Part shown: piece by piece, positions 18,852 to 30,164 of the stretch
Numbering within the stretch: position 1 is the stretch's first letter
Layout: each line of letters opens with the position of its first letter
Assembly (NCBI GenBank): GCA_017557605.1
Contig: JAFYYJ010000049.1
Location: 4,664-68,663, forward strand
DNA length: 64,000 bases
Direction of reading: 5' to 3'
DNA from: Salinivirgaceae bacterium
GTDB lineage: Bacteria; Bacteroidota; Bacteroidia; Bacteroidales; SZUA-534
Made by a program: the position numbers and the translations under genes
Notes under the pieces: model-generated
Database searches by the model: none
What the model was told of the DNA's origin: nothing
What the model saw: only the letters and a program-made list of their open reading frames with translations

Positions 18852-20696
18852 TTAGTTTATTGTCAAGTTTTTATATGGATATTTAGCGTATTTCGGCTTA
18901 CGCGACACAAACATTCCAGACAGCAATGTCAACGGTCCAACACGACCGACAAACATAAGTATCATTGTCAATATGCGCGAAGGCATCGAAAGCTCGGTTG
19001 TTCCTATAAGTGAGAGTCCTGTTGTGCTGTAAACCGACACCGTGTCGAAGAACAAGTCGAAAGGATTCTTGTCAGGTTCGAAAACAGTGAACATAATAAA
19101 CGCGCTGAAAATAACAATAAGCGATATGAATATGAACGCAAGCACACGCAGTATTGTCTCAAAACCAATACGATGATAACCAATTTCAATATAACGGTTA
19201 CCGCGCACGAAACTTACTATTGCGCATAGTGCCAAGGCAAATGTTGTTGTTTTTATGCCGCCGCCCGTCGAGCCTGGCGAGGCTCCAATCCACATTATCG
19301 CCATAATAAGAACGATTGTTCCGTTACTCCAGCTGGAGACATCGGAAACATTGAAACCGGCAGTACGGGCCGTGGCACAGCAGAAAAACGATTTCACCCA
19401 ACTAGTAAAAGCATCGTCGCTGACAAGCGTGTTCTTGATTTCGAGCGAATAATAGCTCAAGGTGCCGATTATCAGAATGGCTATAGTGGTAACGAGTGCA
19501 ATACGTGTGGCCATGTGCGAGCCTGTGGCATTAGGTATGTGGCTTGTCGACAGATGAAACAACTTGCGAGTATTGTAAGTTGTTATCTGATAGATAGATA
19601 TAAGCACGGGAAAGCCGATACCGCCAAGCGTTGTCAGTATTGCTATCGACAAAAGCAGCATGTTGTTGCCCTCAACAAGCGGATTGGCGAAACCATTTGG
19701 AAGAGTGGAAATTCCACAGTTACAAAACGCTGATACCGAGTGGAATATCGAAAAGAATACCGGATTAGGAATATTGCTTTCTGCAATGCTTAAATAGATG
19801 ACGGCAGCGCCTATCAACTCAAAAAGCAGTGTTATTGAAATCACTTTAGCCAAAAAGGCGAAAACATCGCTCATAGCATCTGATGAGAACATGTCTTTCA
19901 GCATCATACGGTCTTTGAACGACACGTTTCCTGTAAACGCATAGGCGAACAAACCTGTAAATACCATTATACCCAAACCGCCAACCTGAAACAAAACCAA
20001 CAGTAAACAATTACCATTCAAAGTAAGCGTGGCCGGCAAATCGACAATGGACAACCCTGATACGCAAATAGTGCTTGTAGCCGTGAAAAGCGCCTCAAAG
20101 TAGCTCATCTGGCCAATGCGAATATCGGGCAGCATGAGCAGACCGGAGCCAATGAAAATAAGTATCAAGAAGCTGACAGCAAAGAACATCGGGGGCGATA
20201 ACTTGGCCAGCATCAAGAATTTAGACACTTTGTAGAATTCCGATATGAAAATCAGAACCAGCACAAACGATATGGCTACAAAACCTGACAGGAAAGTTCC
20301 GTTAAGTGACTGAAACCAAGCTATTTCAGTATTGGCGAACAACACTATCGTGGCAAGCAGTGTTGCCGAAATGTCAATCCACCTAGCCCACCCTTTCCTA
20401 TTGACAATTTGAATAGTGCCGTCAGGATTGCGGGCAATGTATGTTACGAAAATCTTTGAGCAATAGGTCACAAACAAGATATTGCGCATGAGCGACACCA
20501 AATTGTCCTGCACAATCTGATGATTGTAGAAACCGAGTCTGGCAATGAGCAGCGTGGCGAACAAAAAGCCGCACAGCACTATCACAACGTTACAAAGTCC
20601 GGCCACCAGCACACCCAACTTCCGCGATAAATCTTGAAAAATCAGGAAGTACTTGGTGAATAGCTCTCTAATCTTGAAAAACCTGTTGCCCTTCAT
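18852..20696 (-). CDS. trkH: Trk-type potassium transporter membrane subunit (TrkH/KtrB family) with an N-terminal extension
   Basis: 614 aa and polytopic. It has selectivity-filter-like repeats (ATARTAGFN, GASPGSTGGGIKTTT, VYSTTGLS). Confidence 0.85.
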   Translation of the reverse strand: MKGNRFFKIRELFTKYFLIFQDLSRKLGVLVAGLCNVVIVLCGFLFATLLIARLGFYNHQIVQDNLVSLMRNILFVTYCSKIFVTYIARNPDGTIQIVNRKGWARWIDISATLLATIVLFANTEIAWFQSLNGTFLSGFVAISFVLVLIFISEFYKVSKFLMLAKLSPPMFFAVSFLILIFIGSGLLMLPDIRIGQMSYFEALFTATSTICVSGLSIVDLPATLTLNGNCLLLVLFQVGGLGIMVFTGLFAYAFTGNVSFKDRMMLKDMFSSDAMSDVFAFLAKVISITLLFELIGAAVIYLSIAESNIPNPVFFSIFHSVSAFCNCGISTLPNGFANPLVEGNNMLLLSIAILTTLGGIGFPVLISIYQITTYNTRKLFHLSTSHIPNATGSHMATRIALVTTIAILIIGTLSYYSLEIKNTLVSDDAFTSWVKSFFCCATARTAGFNVSDVSSWSNGTIVLIMAIMWIGASPGSTGGGIKTTTFALALCAIVSFVRGNRYIEIGYHRIGFETILRVLAFIFISLIVIFSAFIMFTVFEPDKNPFDLFFDTVSVYSTTGLSLIGTTELSMPSRILTMILMFVGRVGPLTLLSGMFVSRKPKYAKYPYKNLTIN

Positions 20697-20740
20697 AAAA
20701 AAAGAAGCACACCGCCGGCATGCCAGCGGTGCGCCTTAAA

Positions 20741-22792
20741 TTATTCTGTACTCAACACCTTAAATTCGACACGACGGTTCATTGCACGTCCCTCCTTGGT
20801 GGAGTTGTCGGCCACTGGCTGGTCGAAAGCGTAGCCCTTGTACTCAAGACGGCTTGCATCGACGCCTTCCGAAATCAGGAAGTCGACAACGGCCTTGGCA
20901 CGAGCCTCCGACAGGCGCTGGTTGGTAACCTTGCTGCCTTGGTTGTCGGTGTGGCCTGAAATCTCGATACGCATTGCCGGCATGTCGCTCATCATCTTTG
21001 TCAGACGACCCAGCTCGGCGTACGATGTCGGTTTCAACTTGGCACTACCTGTCTCAAAGAAGACGTTTTTCAAGATTATCTTCACGTCCTTCTTGATGTT
21101 GTTCAACGCTATATCCTTATCAATCTCCTGATATTCAGTTGCTGCCGGAATATCGAAGTTTTCCGAATGGAACAAGTAGTTATCGGCTTTCACTGCCAGA
21201 CCATAGTTCTTACCAGAAGGCAGCGAAACAAGGAATTTACCGGTAGCGGAGTTAGTTTGCGAGGTAAAGATGACCTCATTCTTCTCATTATCAATAATAT
21301 CAATAGTTGCGCTTACTGGGTCGTTGCTGATAGCGTCACGGACTGTACCCTTGACAATTGTCAGGCGAATGGTGACAAGCTCAACCGAGGCCTCCATAAC
21401 CATATCGGAAACCGGTTGCGAACGCGCCGAAATCAGATTGTCCTCACCCGACAGAGTATACGGTTTTTCAGGTCCGAGGAAGGTTACACGATAGATATCC
21501 AAACCGCCAGAACCGTCAGGACGGGTGCTACTGAAATAGCCATGGCGTCCGTTTGCCGAAATCACAAAGCAAAGGTCGTGGTCCGACGAGTTGATAGGAT
21601 AGCCCAGATTGACTGGCTCGCTCCATTTTCCGCTGTCATCCATTCTTGATGTGAAGATGTCGTAACCGCCCATTGTGTTGTGGCCGGTCGAGCTGAAATA
21701 TAGTGTACGGCCGTCAGGATGCATAAACACAGCCTCCTCGTCATATTCCGAATTGATAGTCGGGCCAAGGTTCACCGGCTCGCTCCATTTGTCTTTCAGG
21801 CCGCGGGTGCTCACATAAATATCGCTGCCACCGTATCCGCCCGGACGGTCACTCACGAAATAGATTTGCCGTCCGTCAGGCGAGAAGCATGCTGACGTCT
21901 CACGATATTCAGTGTTGATTGGTTTTGGCATAGACTTAGGGTACTCCCACTTGTCACCTTTCAGCGAGCAAACCTCAATGTCGCCACTACCCTTACGTCC
22001 GTTGTAGATGAGCAATTGCTGGCCGTCGGGGAACAAGCCCACGGTGGCATCGTCGAACTGCGTGTTAATAGGCTCTCCGATTGACTCCGGAACCTTCCAG
22101 TTTTTGTCAGCATTGATGCTGGTGTAAATATCCTCGTCGTACTGTCCGTCGTAGCCGTTGACAGAACGTCCGTTGTTACGCGTCGAGGTGAAAATCATCA
22201 TCGATTCGTCGGCTGAAATCAGCGGACTGTGGTCGTTAAAGCGCGAGTTAAGCACTGAGCCGGCATTATCGACAAAAGCGCGGGCCTGGTCTTCAATCAT
22301 GGCTTTTCCGGCGTTGCACTCTGCAATGTATTTCTCAATCAGCGGGCGCTCTTGCGGCGCATCAACCGGCGGAATTACAGCTATGTGAGCCTTGTATTCC
22401 GCAACGGCTTTATCAAACTGATTGTTAAGATGATAGCTGCGAGCAAGCATCAAATGGATATCATCGGCAACATCGCGGCGCAACTGATAGGCCTTCTCAA
22501 AATACTCAAGGCTTTTGTATTTGGCCGATAGATTCATATAGCACACACCTATACGATAGTTCAATGTTGAGAAATTCGGATTAAACTTCTGAGCCTCAAG
22601 ATAATATTGAAGAGCCTCGTAGTACTGCTCCTTGTTGTAATACGATTCGCCGTCTTTCAGGTTGTTGTTTGCCTCCTTAAAAGCTTCTTTCTGATTCTGG
22701 AATAAATTCTTATCGAAAGGAACATCTTGCGCAAATGCGGCTGAGCTGCACAAAACCGCAATCAAAACAATATATAACTTTTTCATATTCAT
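20741..22792 (-). CDS. OmpA-family protein with TPR, PD40/TolB-like beta-propeller, CarboxypepD_reg-like and OmpA_C domains
   Basis: 683 aa with a signal peptide. PD40 repeats are present (FSPDGRQIYFVSDRPGGYGGSDIYVS), as is the OmpA_C motif (ISGHTDNQGS...NRRVEFKV). Confidence 0.85.
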   Translation of the reverse strand: MNMKKLYIVLIAVLCSSAAFAQDVPFDKNLFQNQKEAFKEANNNLKDGESYYNKEQYYEALQYYLEAQKFNPNFSTLNYRIGVCYMNLSAKYKSLEYFEKAYQLRRDVADDIHLMLARSYHLNNQFDKAVAEYKAHIAVIPPVDAPQERPLIEKYIAECNAGKAMIEDQARAFVDNAGSVLNSRFNDHSPLISADESMMIFTSTRNNGRSVNGYDGQYDEDIYTSINADKNWKVPESIGEPINTQFDDATVGLFPDGQQLLIYNGRKGSGDIEVCSLKGDKWEYPKSMPKPINTEYRETSACFSPDGRQIYFVSDRPGGYGGSDIYVSTRGLKDKWSEPVNLGPTINSEYDEEAVFMHPDGRTLYFSSTGHNTMGGYDIFTSRMDDSGKWSEPVNLGYPINSSDHDLCFVISANGRHGYFSSTRPDGSGGLDIYRVTFLGPEKPYTLSGEDNLISARSQPVSDMVMEASVELVTIRLTIVKGTVRDAISNDPVSATIDIIDNEKNEVIFTSQTNSATGKFLVSLPSGKNYGLAVKADNYLFHSENFDIPAATEYQEIDKDIALNNIKKDVKIILKNVFFETGSAKLKPTSYAELGRLTKMMSDMPAMRIEISGHTDNQGSKVTNQRLSEARAKAVVDFLISEGVDASRLEYKGYAFDQPVADNSTKEGRAMNRRVEFKVLSTE

Positions 22793-22804
22793 CGTATTAG
22801 CAGA

Positions 22805-23863
22805 TTATTCGTAGAATGAGATATAGTTTTTAGCTTTGGTGATGCCAAGCTTGTAAGCCATGCGCCAGTCGGCAACGGCGTCTTCAAACTTGCGCTGCAT
22901 CTCAAGGCACGAGCCGCGGTTCAGATAGGCCTCGGCAAAATTCTCGTTTACCTGAATGGCCTTGCTGAACGACTGGTAAGCCGCATCATAGTCTTTCTTC
23001 TTCATCTGGGCGATACCCATATTATTATATGCGTAAGCGTAGTTCGGATTTATCTCGACAGCCTTCTGGCAATCGGCTATCATGCCGTCGAAGTCGTTCT
23101 TCTCGAACTTTGCGCGGGCGCGGTTGTTGTAGGCGATGACATATTCCTGGTCGAGACCGATAGCCAAGCCGTAGTTGCTTATGGCATCGTCGATGTTGCC
23201 TTTCTTGAGCAACGCGCTCGCAAGATTGTTGTATGCTGTAGCCAGCTTCGGGTCAATCTTGATAGCCTGCTGATAATCGGCAATGGCGCCGTCGTAATCC
23301 TCCTTCATACGCTTGGCGCTGCCGCGGTCGTTGTAGGCCTGGGCGTTGTTGCCGTCGAAGGTGATTGAAAGCGTCAGATTGTTGACACTCTCCTCGTAGT
23401 TGCCGCACTCAAAATGAGCGACACCGGCATAATAGTAAACCTTAGCCTCGTCGTAGCCGGCTTTTATGGCAAGCTCGAAATCGTTGAGAGCGTCGCTCGA
23501 GTTGTTCTGGTTGAAGTAAGCCAAACCACGTCCGTAGTAAGCCACAGGCGACTCCTCAAGCTCAATTGCCATTGTGAAATCGGTTATGGCGCCATTATAA
23601 TCAGCCATTTCCGACTTGGCGAAAGCCCTGTTAACCATGGCCTTGGTAAATTTCGGGTTAACCGACAAGGCTTTTGTAAAGCTGTTTATCGCCTCTTGAT
23701 AATTCTTTTGTGCAACAAAATCGTTGCCGGCATTAAATGCCACTTCGGCCTCCTGATTGTCGGCCACTACAAGTGTGGAATCCTTATTGACGGCGTTTTG
23801 AGCCATTCCCGACAGGGAAATCAACAGTGTTCCAGCAATGGAAATAAGTCGTAATCTTGTCAT
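22805..23863 (-). CDS. secreted tetratricopeptide-repeat protein
   Basis: 352 aa with a signal peptide and about 9 consecutive 34-aa TPR units (..A..Y...A.....P..A.AYNN.G..). Confidence 0.85.
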   Translation of the reverse strand: MTRLRLISIAGTLLISLSGMAQNAVNKDSTLVVADNQEAEVAFNAGNDFVAQKNYQEAINSFTKALSVNPKFTKAMVNRAFAKSEMADYNGAITDFTMAIELEESPVAYYGRGLAYFNQNNSSDALNDFELAIKAGYDEAKVYYYAGVAHFECGNYEESVNNLTLSITFDGNNAQAYNDRGSAKRMKEDYDGAIADYQQAIKIDPKLATAYNNLASALLKKGNIDDAISNYGLAIGLDQEYVIAYNNRARAKFEKNDFDGMIADCQKAVEINPNYAYAYNNMGIAQMKKKDYDAAYQSFSKAIQVNENFAEAYLNRGSCLEMQRKFEDAVADWRMAYKLGITKAKNYISFYE

Positions 23864-23927
23864 AATATTGAACTTAAATGTTATTCAAATTCATTTACTG
23901 AAAAACGCTAAAATTATAAAGTTCGGC

Positions 23928-24725
23928 CTAAAAACAAAAAGCCATTACCTTAAATGTGGTGTTATTTTTTACAGAATAACGCTGATTGGTGTCAAACAGC
24001 CAATTCCACTCCTTTTTTTCGCCCACATCGGGGAGTTTGCAATGAAGAAGATTGGTTGTGGCGGTAACAGCGCCGTCCAAATCGGTATCAATCTGCTGAT
24101 AATCAGTTATAAGGCAACTTTTTCCAACAGGCAGACTGTCGATGTGGCGCTGCTGCACCATGGCTCGCACTGGCTCAAGTTGCTGACTGTCAACCTTAAA
24201 ACGTTCTTGCAGATAATCACATAATATTATATCAAGCTGGTTTAGCAAATTGACCGACACCACAAAATCGTATCCAGACAACTCCGCATCAGGCTTGATA
24301 TTCTTCAGATTGTCAAGAAATTGCAGAAACGAACGGGCATTGACGGCCTGCTGTACAGCTCCGCCGGTGATATCGGCCTCCACCAAACGCACATTGCCTA
24401 ATTTGCGCGCTCGCACTTTGACCGGTTCTGGGTGAACAATATCGATAAGGCACACATCTTCAAACATTTGCGACAATTCGTCGACAGGCACATCTAGTAG
24501 CCAGCCGCTGCCAAGCACCGCCACCGACTTGTGGCTTGCCGCTTTGCGCGCCGACTCTACAACAAACCCTCGCGTGTTATCGATATGCTGCTGCCAAGAC
24601 TCCTGTTCGCGCTCATAACGCCGACGGATGCCCGTCTGGTCTTTCAAATAACCGGCCCGGCGCATGGCTACAGAAAGATTTTTCGCAGGAAACAATCTGT
24701 TTATCAACCTATTGATAAAAGACAT
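23928..24725 (-). CDS. hypothetical protein, possibly a Rossmann/SAM-methyltransferase-like fold
   Basis: 265 aa. A glycine-rich strand-loop (SVAVLGSGWLLDVP) is followed by an acidic strand end (LIDIVH). The family is not recognised. Confidence 0.5.
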   Translation of the reverse strand: MSFINRLINRLFPAKNLSVAMRRAGYLKDQTGIRRRYEREQESWQQHIDNTRGFVVESARKAASHKSVAVLGSGWLLDVPVDELSQMFEDVCLIDIVHPEPVKVRARKLGNVRLVEADITGGAVQQAVNARSFLQFLDNLKNIKPDAELSGYDFVVSVNLLNQLDIILCDYLQERFKVDSQQLEPVRAMVQQRHIDSLPVGKSCLITDYQQIDTDLDGAVTATTNLLHCKLPDVGEKKEWNWLFDTNQRYSVKNNTTFKVMAFCF

Positions 24726-24769
24726 AATTCAAAAACGGATTTAATAGTTTGCAATAAAAGTAAAAATCA

Positions 24770-24777
24770 TAACTTTG
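24770..24777 (+). promoter_or_regulatory. candidate -7 promoter element (TAnnTTTG)
   Basis: TAACTTTG lies 24 nt upstream of the ATG at 24801. Confidence 0.35.
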
Positions 24778-24800
24778 AATATCACAAATAAAGCGAAACG

Positions 24801-27263
24801 ATGACTTCAAACAAAATTTGTGTAAAAAGTTTAATCGGTAAGATTGCGGTCGGCATTTTATTGCTGACGGTAAGTCATCATGCTGTCGCCCAGTATTCGC
24901 AGTCGGAGCGCAAGTTGTTCAAGACGGCGCACAACTACTTCACCGCCGGACAGTACGAGAAGGCGCTTCCGCTCTATCTTAAACTCGATTCGATAATCGA
25001 CGACATCAACCTGCCTTATCACATCGGCATATGCTACCTTAACTCGCAGGCCAACAAATACCAGTCGATAAAATATCTGGAAGAGGTGGAACCGTCATCG
25101 GGCTCACTCATACCAATGGACGCGATAATCTATCTGGGCGACGCCTACCATGTCGAATATCGATTTGAAGACGCCATAAAGGAATACAACAAATACATTG
25201 CGAAGACCGCAAAAAGCAACAATGCCGACATCAACAAGCTGAACTACTGCAAACGCATGATTACGGTTTGCGAGACAGCAATAAAGATAATGGACCGGCC
25301 CTACAAAGTGAAGATTGAAGCCGTAAGCGGCCTGTTCTCGACCGAATCGGACTATTTTCCGCTTATTAGCGCCGATGAAAGCATAATGTTGCTGATGCGC
25401 GAATACAATTTCGGCAAGGGCGTGCCAACAACTAAAAGCATAATGATTTCGACCAAAGACTCGCTCGACAATTGGCGACGGGCGGAAAAGGTTGAGATTG
25501 TAGCCGAACACAAGCTGCTGAACCACGAGATACGCCTTGCCGGCCTCTCGCCCGACGGACGCTCGGTTTTCCTAAACATAGGCGACGGACTTAACCAAGA
25601 CATCTACATAGGGCAGCTGCAAGGCAAAACCATTAGCGACATCAAGAAGCTGAACAAGAACATAAACACACCTTATTATGAAGGCGCAGCCAGCATCACC
25701 CCCGACGGCACCAAACTCTATTTTGTGAGCGACCGTCCCGGCGGACTTGGTGGCCGCGACATCTACGTGTCGACTATCAACAAGAAAGGAGAATGGGGCG
25801 AGCCCGAAAACCTTGGAGACAAAGTGAACACCAAATATGACGAGGACGCGCCAACCATACACTACGACGGACGCACGCTCTTCTTCAGCTCCGAAGGCCA
25901 CAAGACAATGGGCGGACGCGACATCTTCCGCACCACACGGCAGTTCAACGGCTGGACCGACCCTGAGAACATGGGATTCACCAACACCACGCTCGACGAC
26001 TTCAATTTTATGCTGAACGCAAGCGGCGAGACAGGCTATTTTGCGTCGTCGAAGAACAATCCTTACAACAGACAGTCGATAATGAAGGCCGACTACACCG
26101 ACCCAATTCCGCTGACTCTTGTGAAAGGAACTGTGAAAGCCGGCAACACTGGCAAACCCTTGAAAGTTGACATAAAAGTGTATGACAAAAACACCCAGGA
26201 GGAGGTGAAATATGTCTACACACCTGATTCAAAAACAGGCAAATACCTGATGATTTTCCCGCCGGCAAAGAACTACCAACTGGTGATTTCGACACCCAAC
26301 TTCATGCCGCAGCTCATCAGCGTCCACATCCCCTACCAAAACTATTTCTACGAGCTGTACCAAGAGATAACGCTTTCTCCTATCGAGCTTAACAACAAGA
26401 ATATAGGCGAGGAAGTGGTTGTCAACAACATCTTCTACGACATCTACCAGACAAATGAAGCTGACTCGATAAAACAGAACGACTCACTCAAGCAACCGCT
26501 ATACTACGAGCATCTGCTTGATTTGGTGGAAAATATAATCCAAACCTCGGACACCATAAGCAAACTTAACTACTCCGACGCCACTTACACGAAGGGTAAC
26601 AAACAGAAGCTGAAGGAGAACACCGACAATCTGCTCAACATGATTGAGGACGCCATTAACACCAACGACCCCGTGACGCTGAGCATACTTGACGCCAACT
26701 CGAAACAGAAAGGCAAAGTGACCGAGACGCACTTCTACACCGACGGCGACCAAAACAACTCTCGGACAATGCAAGTCATAGGCCGCGACACATTCTACAC
26801 TGCCGCTCCTATCGACCTCAGCCGCCGTTACTCTCATCCCCGACGGGTTGCCAGCAACGAAGAAAAGAAAGAGAGCAAACTGGCTCAGTTCAAGACATCA
26901 CAACAGGAACAGCGTAAAATCGTCTACACACACACCATATATTATGGCAACGATTTGAGCGAACTGACATCCAAAGACAAAAAAGACCTTCAGCAGATTA
27001 TCAACCTGCTGATTGACAACGATAAAATAGGCGCCGAAATTAACGGCTACGCCGACAAACTTGGCGAGACTGAGCACAACTACAGCCTGTCGCAACGACG
27101 GGCGCAAAACGTGCTCAAATATCTGCTCGAACAGAATGTCGACGGACGCAAGATAATAACACAAGGCCATGGCGAATCGACCGAACACGGACGCTACGAA
27201 GCCAAAACGCGCGAAATGAACTACCGCCGCGTCGAGATAAACCTTTTCGAACTTAAAGATTAA
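24801..27263 (+). CDS. OmpA-family protein with TPR, PD40 beta-propeller, CarboxypepD_reg-like and OmpA_C domains; paralog of 20741..22792
   Basis: 820 aa. The segments ITPDGTKLYFVSDRPGGLGGRDIYVS and RTLFFSSEGHKTMGGRDIF closely match the paralog. The C-terminal OmpA_C motif is degenerate (INGYADKLGE...NYRRVEINL). Confidence 0.85.
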   Translation: MTSNKICVKSLIGKIAVGILLLTVSHHAVAQYSQSERKLFKTAHNYFTAGQYEKALPLYLKLDSIIDDINLPYHIGICYLNSQANKYQSIKYLEEVEPSSGSLIPMDAIIYLGDAYHVEYRFEDAIKEYNKYIAKTAKSNNADINKLNYCKRMITVCETAIKIMDRPYKVKIEAVSGLFSTESDYFPLISADESIMLLMREYNFGKGVPTTKSIMISTKDSLDNWRRAEKVEIVAEHKLLNHEIRLAGLSPDGRSVFLNIGDGLNQDIYIGQLQGKTISDIKKLNKNINTPYYEGAASITPDGTKLYFVSDRPGGLGGRDIYVSTINKKGEWGEPENLGDKVNTKYDEDAPTIHYDGRTLFFSSEGHKTMGGRDIFRTTRQFNGWTDPENMGFTNTTLDDFNFMLNASGETGYFASSKNNPYNRQSIMKADYTDPIPLTLVKGTVKAGNTGKPLKVDIKVYDKNTQEEVKYVYTPDSKTGKYLMIFPPAKNYQLVISTPNFMPQLISVHIPYQNYFYELYQEITLSPIELNNKNIGEEVVVNNIFYDIYQTNEADSIKQNDSLKQPLYYEHLLDLVENIIQTSDTISKLNYSDATYTKGNKQKLKENTDNLLNMIEDAINTNDPVTLSILDANSKQKGKVTETHFYTDGDQNNSRTMQVIGRDTFYTAAPIDLSRRYSHPRRVASNEEKKESKLAQFKTSQQEQRKIVYTHTIYYGNDLSELTSKDKKDLQQIINLLIDNDKIGAEINGYADKLGETEHNYSLSQRRAQNVLKYLLEQNVDGRKIITQGHGESTEHGRYEAKTREMNYRRVEINLFELKD

Positions 27264-27269
27264 GCTATT

Positions 27270-27818
27270 ATGAAGACAATCAGAAACATAACGATAGTCG
27301 GAGCGATAGCGGTCTTAAGCTTGATTGCTGGCAGCGCGCATGCGCAATATTCAGAATATGAGGTGAAAGCGGCCTACGTATTCAACTTTGCTAAATTCAT
27401 CGAGTGGCCTGAGAGCTACATCGGCGACACAATACAACTGTGCATCTACAAAGACGACCCGTTCGGTATCATACTGGAAAAGACCATGATAGGACGCAAG
27501 GCCAATGGCCGCAACTGGAACATCAGACGGGTGAGCAACATTAACGATATTGGAAACTGCCACATATTGATTCTTTCGGGCACCAAACAGCATGAGATAA
27601 TGCAGGTTCTGAAAGCAATCGACAAGAAGCCGATAGTGACCATTGGCGACGAAATGGCGGGATTCTGCATGCTGGGCGGAGTTATCAATTTCATGCCACA
27701 GTTCTCAAAGCACCAGTTTGAGATAAACAAAGACGCCGCCGACGGTATCGGTGTGAAAATCAGTCCGAAACTACTGTTGCTCGCAAAAATAATATCGACC
27801 AAGGAAGATGAGTTTTAA
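27270..27818 (+). CDS. YfiR/DUF4154-family periplasmic protein
   Basis: 182 aa with a signal peptide. DUF4154 signature segments are present ([40 protein letters not shown]...[14 protein letters not shown]). Confidence 0.7.
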   Translation: MKTIRNITIVGAIAVLSLIAGSAHAQYSEYEVKAAYVFNFAKFIEWPESYIGDTIQLCIYKDDPFGIILEKTMIGRKANGRNWNIRRVSNINDIGNCHILILSGTKQHEIMQVLKAIDKKPIVTIGDEMAGFCMLGGVINFMPQFSKHQFEINKDAADGIGVKISPKLLLLAKIISTKEDEF

Positions 27819-30117
27819 GGATTTATCGATACGTACGAAAATCACCATACTTGTGATGATAATCAGCTTTATCGCCATTGTCATAGCAAGTATCATCTTT
27901 GCCAAGTACGACAAGCGGCAGTTCAACCGCCAGGCACTCAACAACCTGACAATACTTGCCGACATTGCCGGCAGCAACAATACCGCAAACATCACATTCG
28001 GTTACCCCGAGGAAGCGCAGACCGTACTGCAGACACTCAGCGTCGACACAAACATCTGCGCCGCACGAATCTACGACAACAACAACCGGATTTTTGCCGA
28101 ATACACCAAATCGGCCGCCTACAGCAACACAAACCTCGATTTCATTTCGGAGCGCGACACGTTCGCCTTTGTCGATAACGCGCTGCTTGTCAGCCGGATA
28201 ATAATACTCGACGACGAAAAAATCGGCTCCATATTCCTGCAAGCCAGCCTCGACGAGTATCACATGCACATAAAACAGCTAGCGCAAGTGGTGCTGATAA
28301 TGATAATCGTGTCGATGATTATCGCTCTGCTGCTGTCGAGCAAGATGCAGGATGCCATTACAAACCCAATCATCGACCTGACAATAACCATGCGCACAAT
28401 GTCAGATATCACTGACTATCAGGTCAAAAAGATTGAAAAGCGCAACGATGAGATTGGCGAGTTGATGAAAGGCTTCAACATGATGATTCGGCAGATAAAA
28501 AAGCAGAACATCGACCTGACGATAGCCAAGGAGCAAGCCGAGAACCTGGCAAAAGTGAAAGACCAGTTCCTTGCCAACATGAGCCACGAGATACGTACGC
28601 CTATGAACGGAATTGTGGGTATGGCGCGACTGCTTAACGAGACCAACCTGACCGAGGAACAACACACTTTCCTTAACAACATCACCATATCGGCCAACAA
28701 TCTGCTGATAATCATAAACGACATTCTCGACTTCTCGAAAATTGAGGCCGGAAAAATGGAGATTGAGAACATCAGTTTCAATCTGCACAATATAATCGAG
28801 AATCTGTCAGCCATTTACACGCAGCACACCAAAAACAAAGGTCTGTACTTCAAAGTGAACACCGACCCGCGCACGCCAGAGAACGTTATTGGCGACCCGA
28901 CAAGGCTGAACCAGATTCTGAACAATCTGCTGAGCAACGCGCTCAAATTCACCGAATATGGCGGCATCACACTGACAGTCAGCGTAGTAAGCCAGACCAA
29001 AAACACCAGCAAACTGCAATTCATTGTTCACGACACCGGCATCGGAATACCGAAAGACAAGCAAGAGCTTATCTTCTCTAGCTTCTCGCAAGCCAGCAGC
29101 GACACAACCCGCAAATACGGCGGCACAGGCTTGGGACTGACAATATCAAAACAACTTGCCGAGCTGCAGGGCGGCAATATTACGCTCAAGAGCGAGAACG
29201 GACTGGGTAGCAGTTTCTGTCTGGAGATAACTTACAAGCACAGCAAAGAGCCTGTCGAGATAAAAGTACCTGAAGCAATCACTTACAAACAAGAAAAACT
29301 ACTCGATTACACGCCCAACATATTGCTGGCCGAAGACAACGAAATAAACCAATTATTTGTAAAGACAATCTTGAAAAAAGACTTCAACATAATGGTTGCG
29401 CCTAACGGAAAGGTTGTCATCGACCTGCTCAACAAAGAACCTTTCGACCTGATACTTATGGACTTACACATGCCGGAAATGGACGGCTACACTGCCACAT
29501 CAGTCATCAGGAAAATGGAAAACCCGGAAAAACGCTCCGTACCAATCATTGCGCTAACCGCAGCAGCAATAAAAGGCGAAAAAGAGAAATGCATTGCCGC
29601 AGGAATGGACGATTACATTTCGAAACCATTTGAGACACAAGACCTTATAAACCTGATTCATAAGCATATCGGCAAAAAGGCTCCTGTCGCCGAGCAACAG
29701 CCTAAAACGGAAACCGTTACGGAAGATAACAATTTCAAATTCATCAATCCGGCTCATTTAGAATCGATTACTGGGGGCGACAACAAATTCAAACAAGAGC
29801 TGATTGATGTATTTGTGCAGCAGATGCCTATTCTGGCCGTAAATCTTGAAAAGGCACTGCAGGAAAAGAACTACACGCAACTTGGTGCGATAGCGCACAA
29901 GACCAAATCGTCGGTGGCGCTTATGGGTATTGAGTCGTTGCGTCTCGATATGGCCACACTTGAGAAGAAAACCAAAATCGGCGAAGACATCGACTCGTAT
30001 GCAGGAATAGTAACCAACTTCATATCAGTAAGCACCGATGTGTTGTCGGAAATAGAATTGCTGCGGCAAAGCATAAAAAACGAAAACACTAACTCTGACA
30101 CTGACAAAAACTCATAA
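27808..30117 (+). CDS. hybrid sensor histidine kinase/response regulator with a C-terminal Hpt domain
   Basis: 769 aa with TM-periplasmic-TM-HAMP architecture, an H-box ([16 protein letters not shown]), HATPase ([17 protein letters not shown]), REC ([10 protein letters not shown]...[14 protein letters not shown]) and Hpt (AHKTKSS). It overlaps the yfiR-like gene by 11 nt. Confidence 0.9.
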   Translation: MSFKDLSIRTKITILVMIISFIAIVIASIIFAKYDKRQFNRQALNNLTILADIAGSNNTANITFGYPEEAQTVLQTLSVDTNICAARIYDNNNRIFAEYTKSAAYSNTNLDFISERDTFAFVDNALLVSRIIILDDEKIGSIFLQASLDEYHMHIKQLAQVVLIMIIVSMIIALLLSSKMQDAITNPIIDLTITMRTMSDITDYQVKKIEKRNDEIGELMKGFNMMIRQIKKQNIDLTIAKEQAENLAKVKDQFLANMSHEIRTPMNGIVGMARLLNETNLTEEQHTFLNNITISANNLLIIINDILDFSKIEAGKMEIENISFNLHNIIENLSAIYTQHTKNKGLYFKVNTDPRTPENVIGDPTRLNQILNNLLSNALKFTEYGGITLTVSVVSQTKNTSKLQFIVHDTGIGIPKDKQELIFSSFSQASSDTTRKYGGTGLGLTISKQLAELQGGNITLKSENGLGSSFCLEITYKHSKEPVEIKVPEAITYKQEKLLDYTPNILLAEDNEINQLFVKTILKKDFNIMVAPNGKVVIDLLNKEPFDLILMDLHMPEMDGYTATSVIRKMENPEKRSVPIIALTAAAIKGEKEKCIAAGMDDYISKPFETQDLINLIHKHIGKKAPVAEQQPKTETVTEDNNFKFINPAHLESITGGDNKFKQELIDVFVQQMPILAVNLEKALQEKNYTQLGAIAHKTKSSVALMGIESLRLDMATLEKKTKIGEDIDSYAGIVTNFISVSTDVLSEIELLRQSIKNENTNSDTDKNS

Positions 30118-30164
30118 CTTTCTAACTACAACTTTAAACTTAGAACTCTTATAACTCTTTAACT

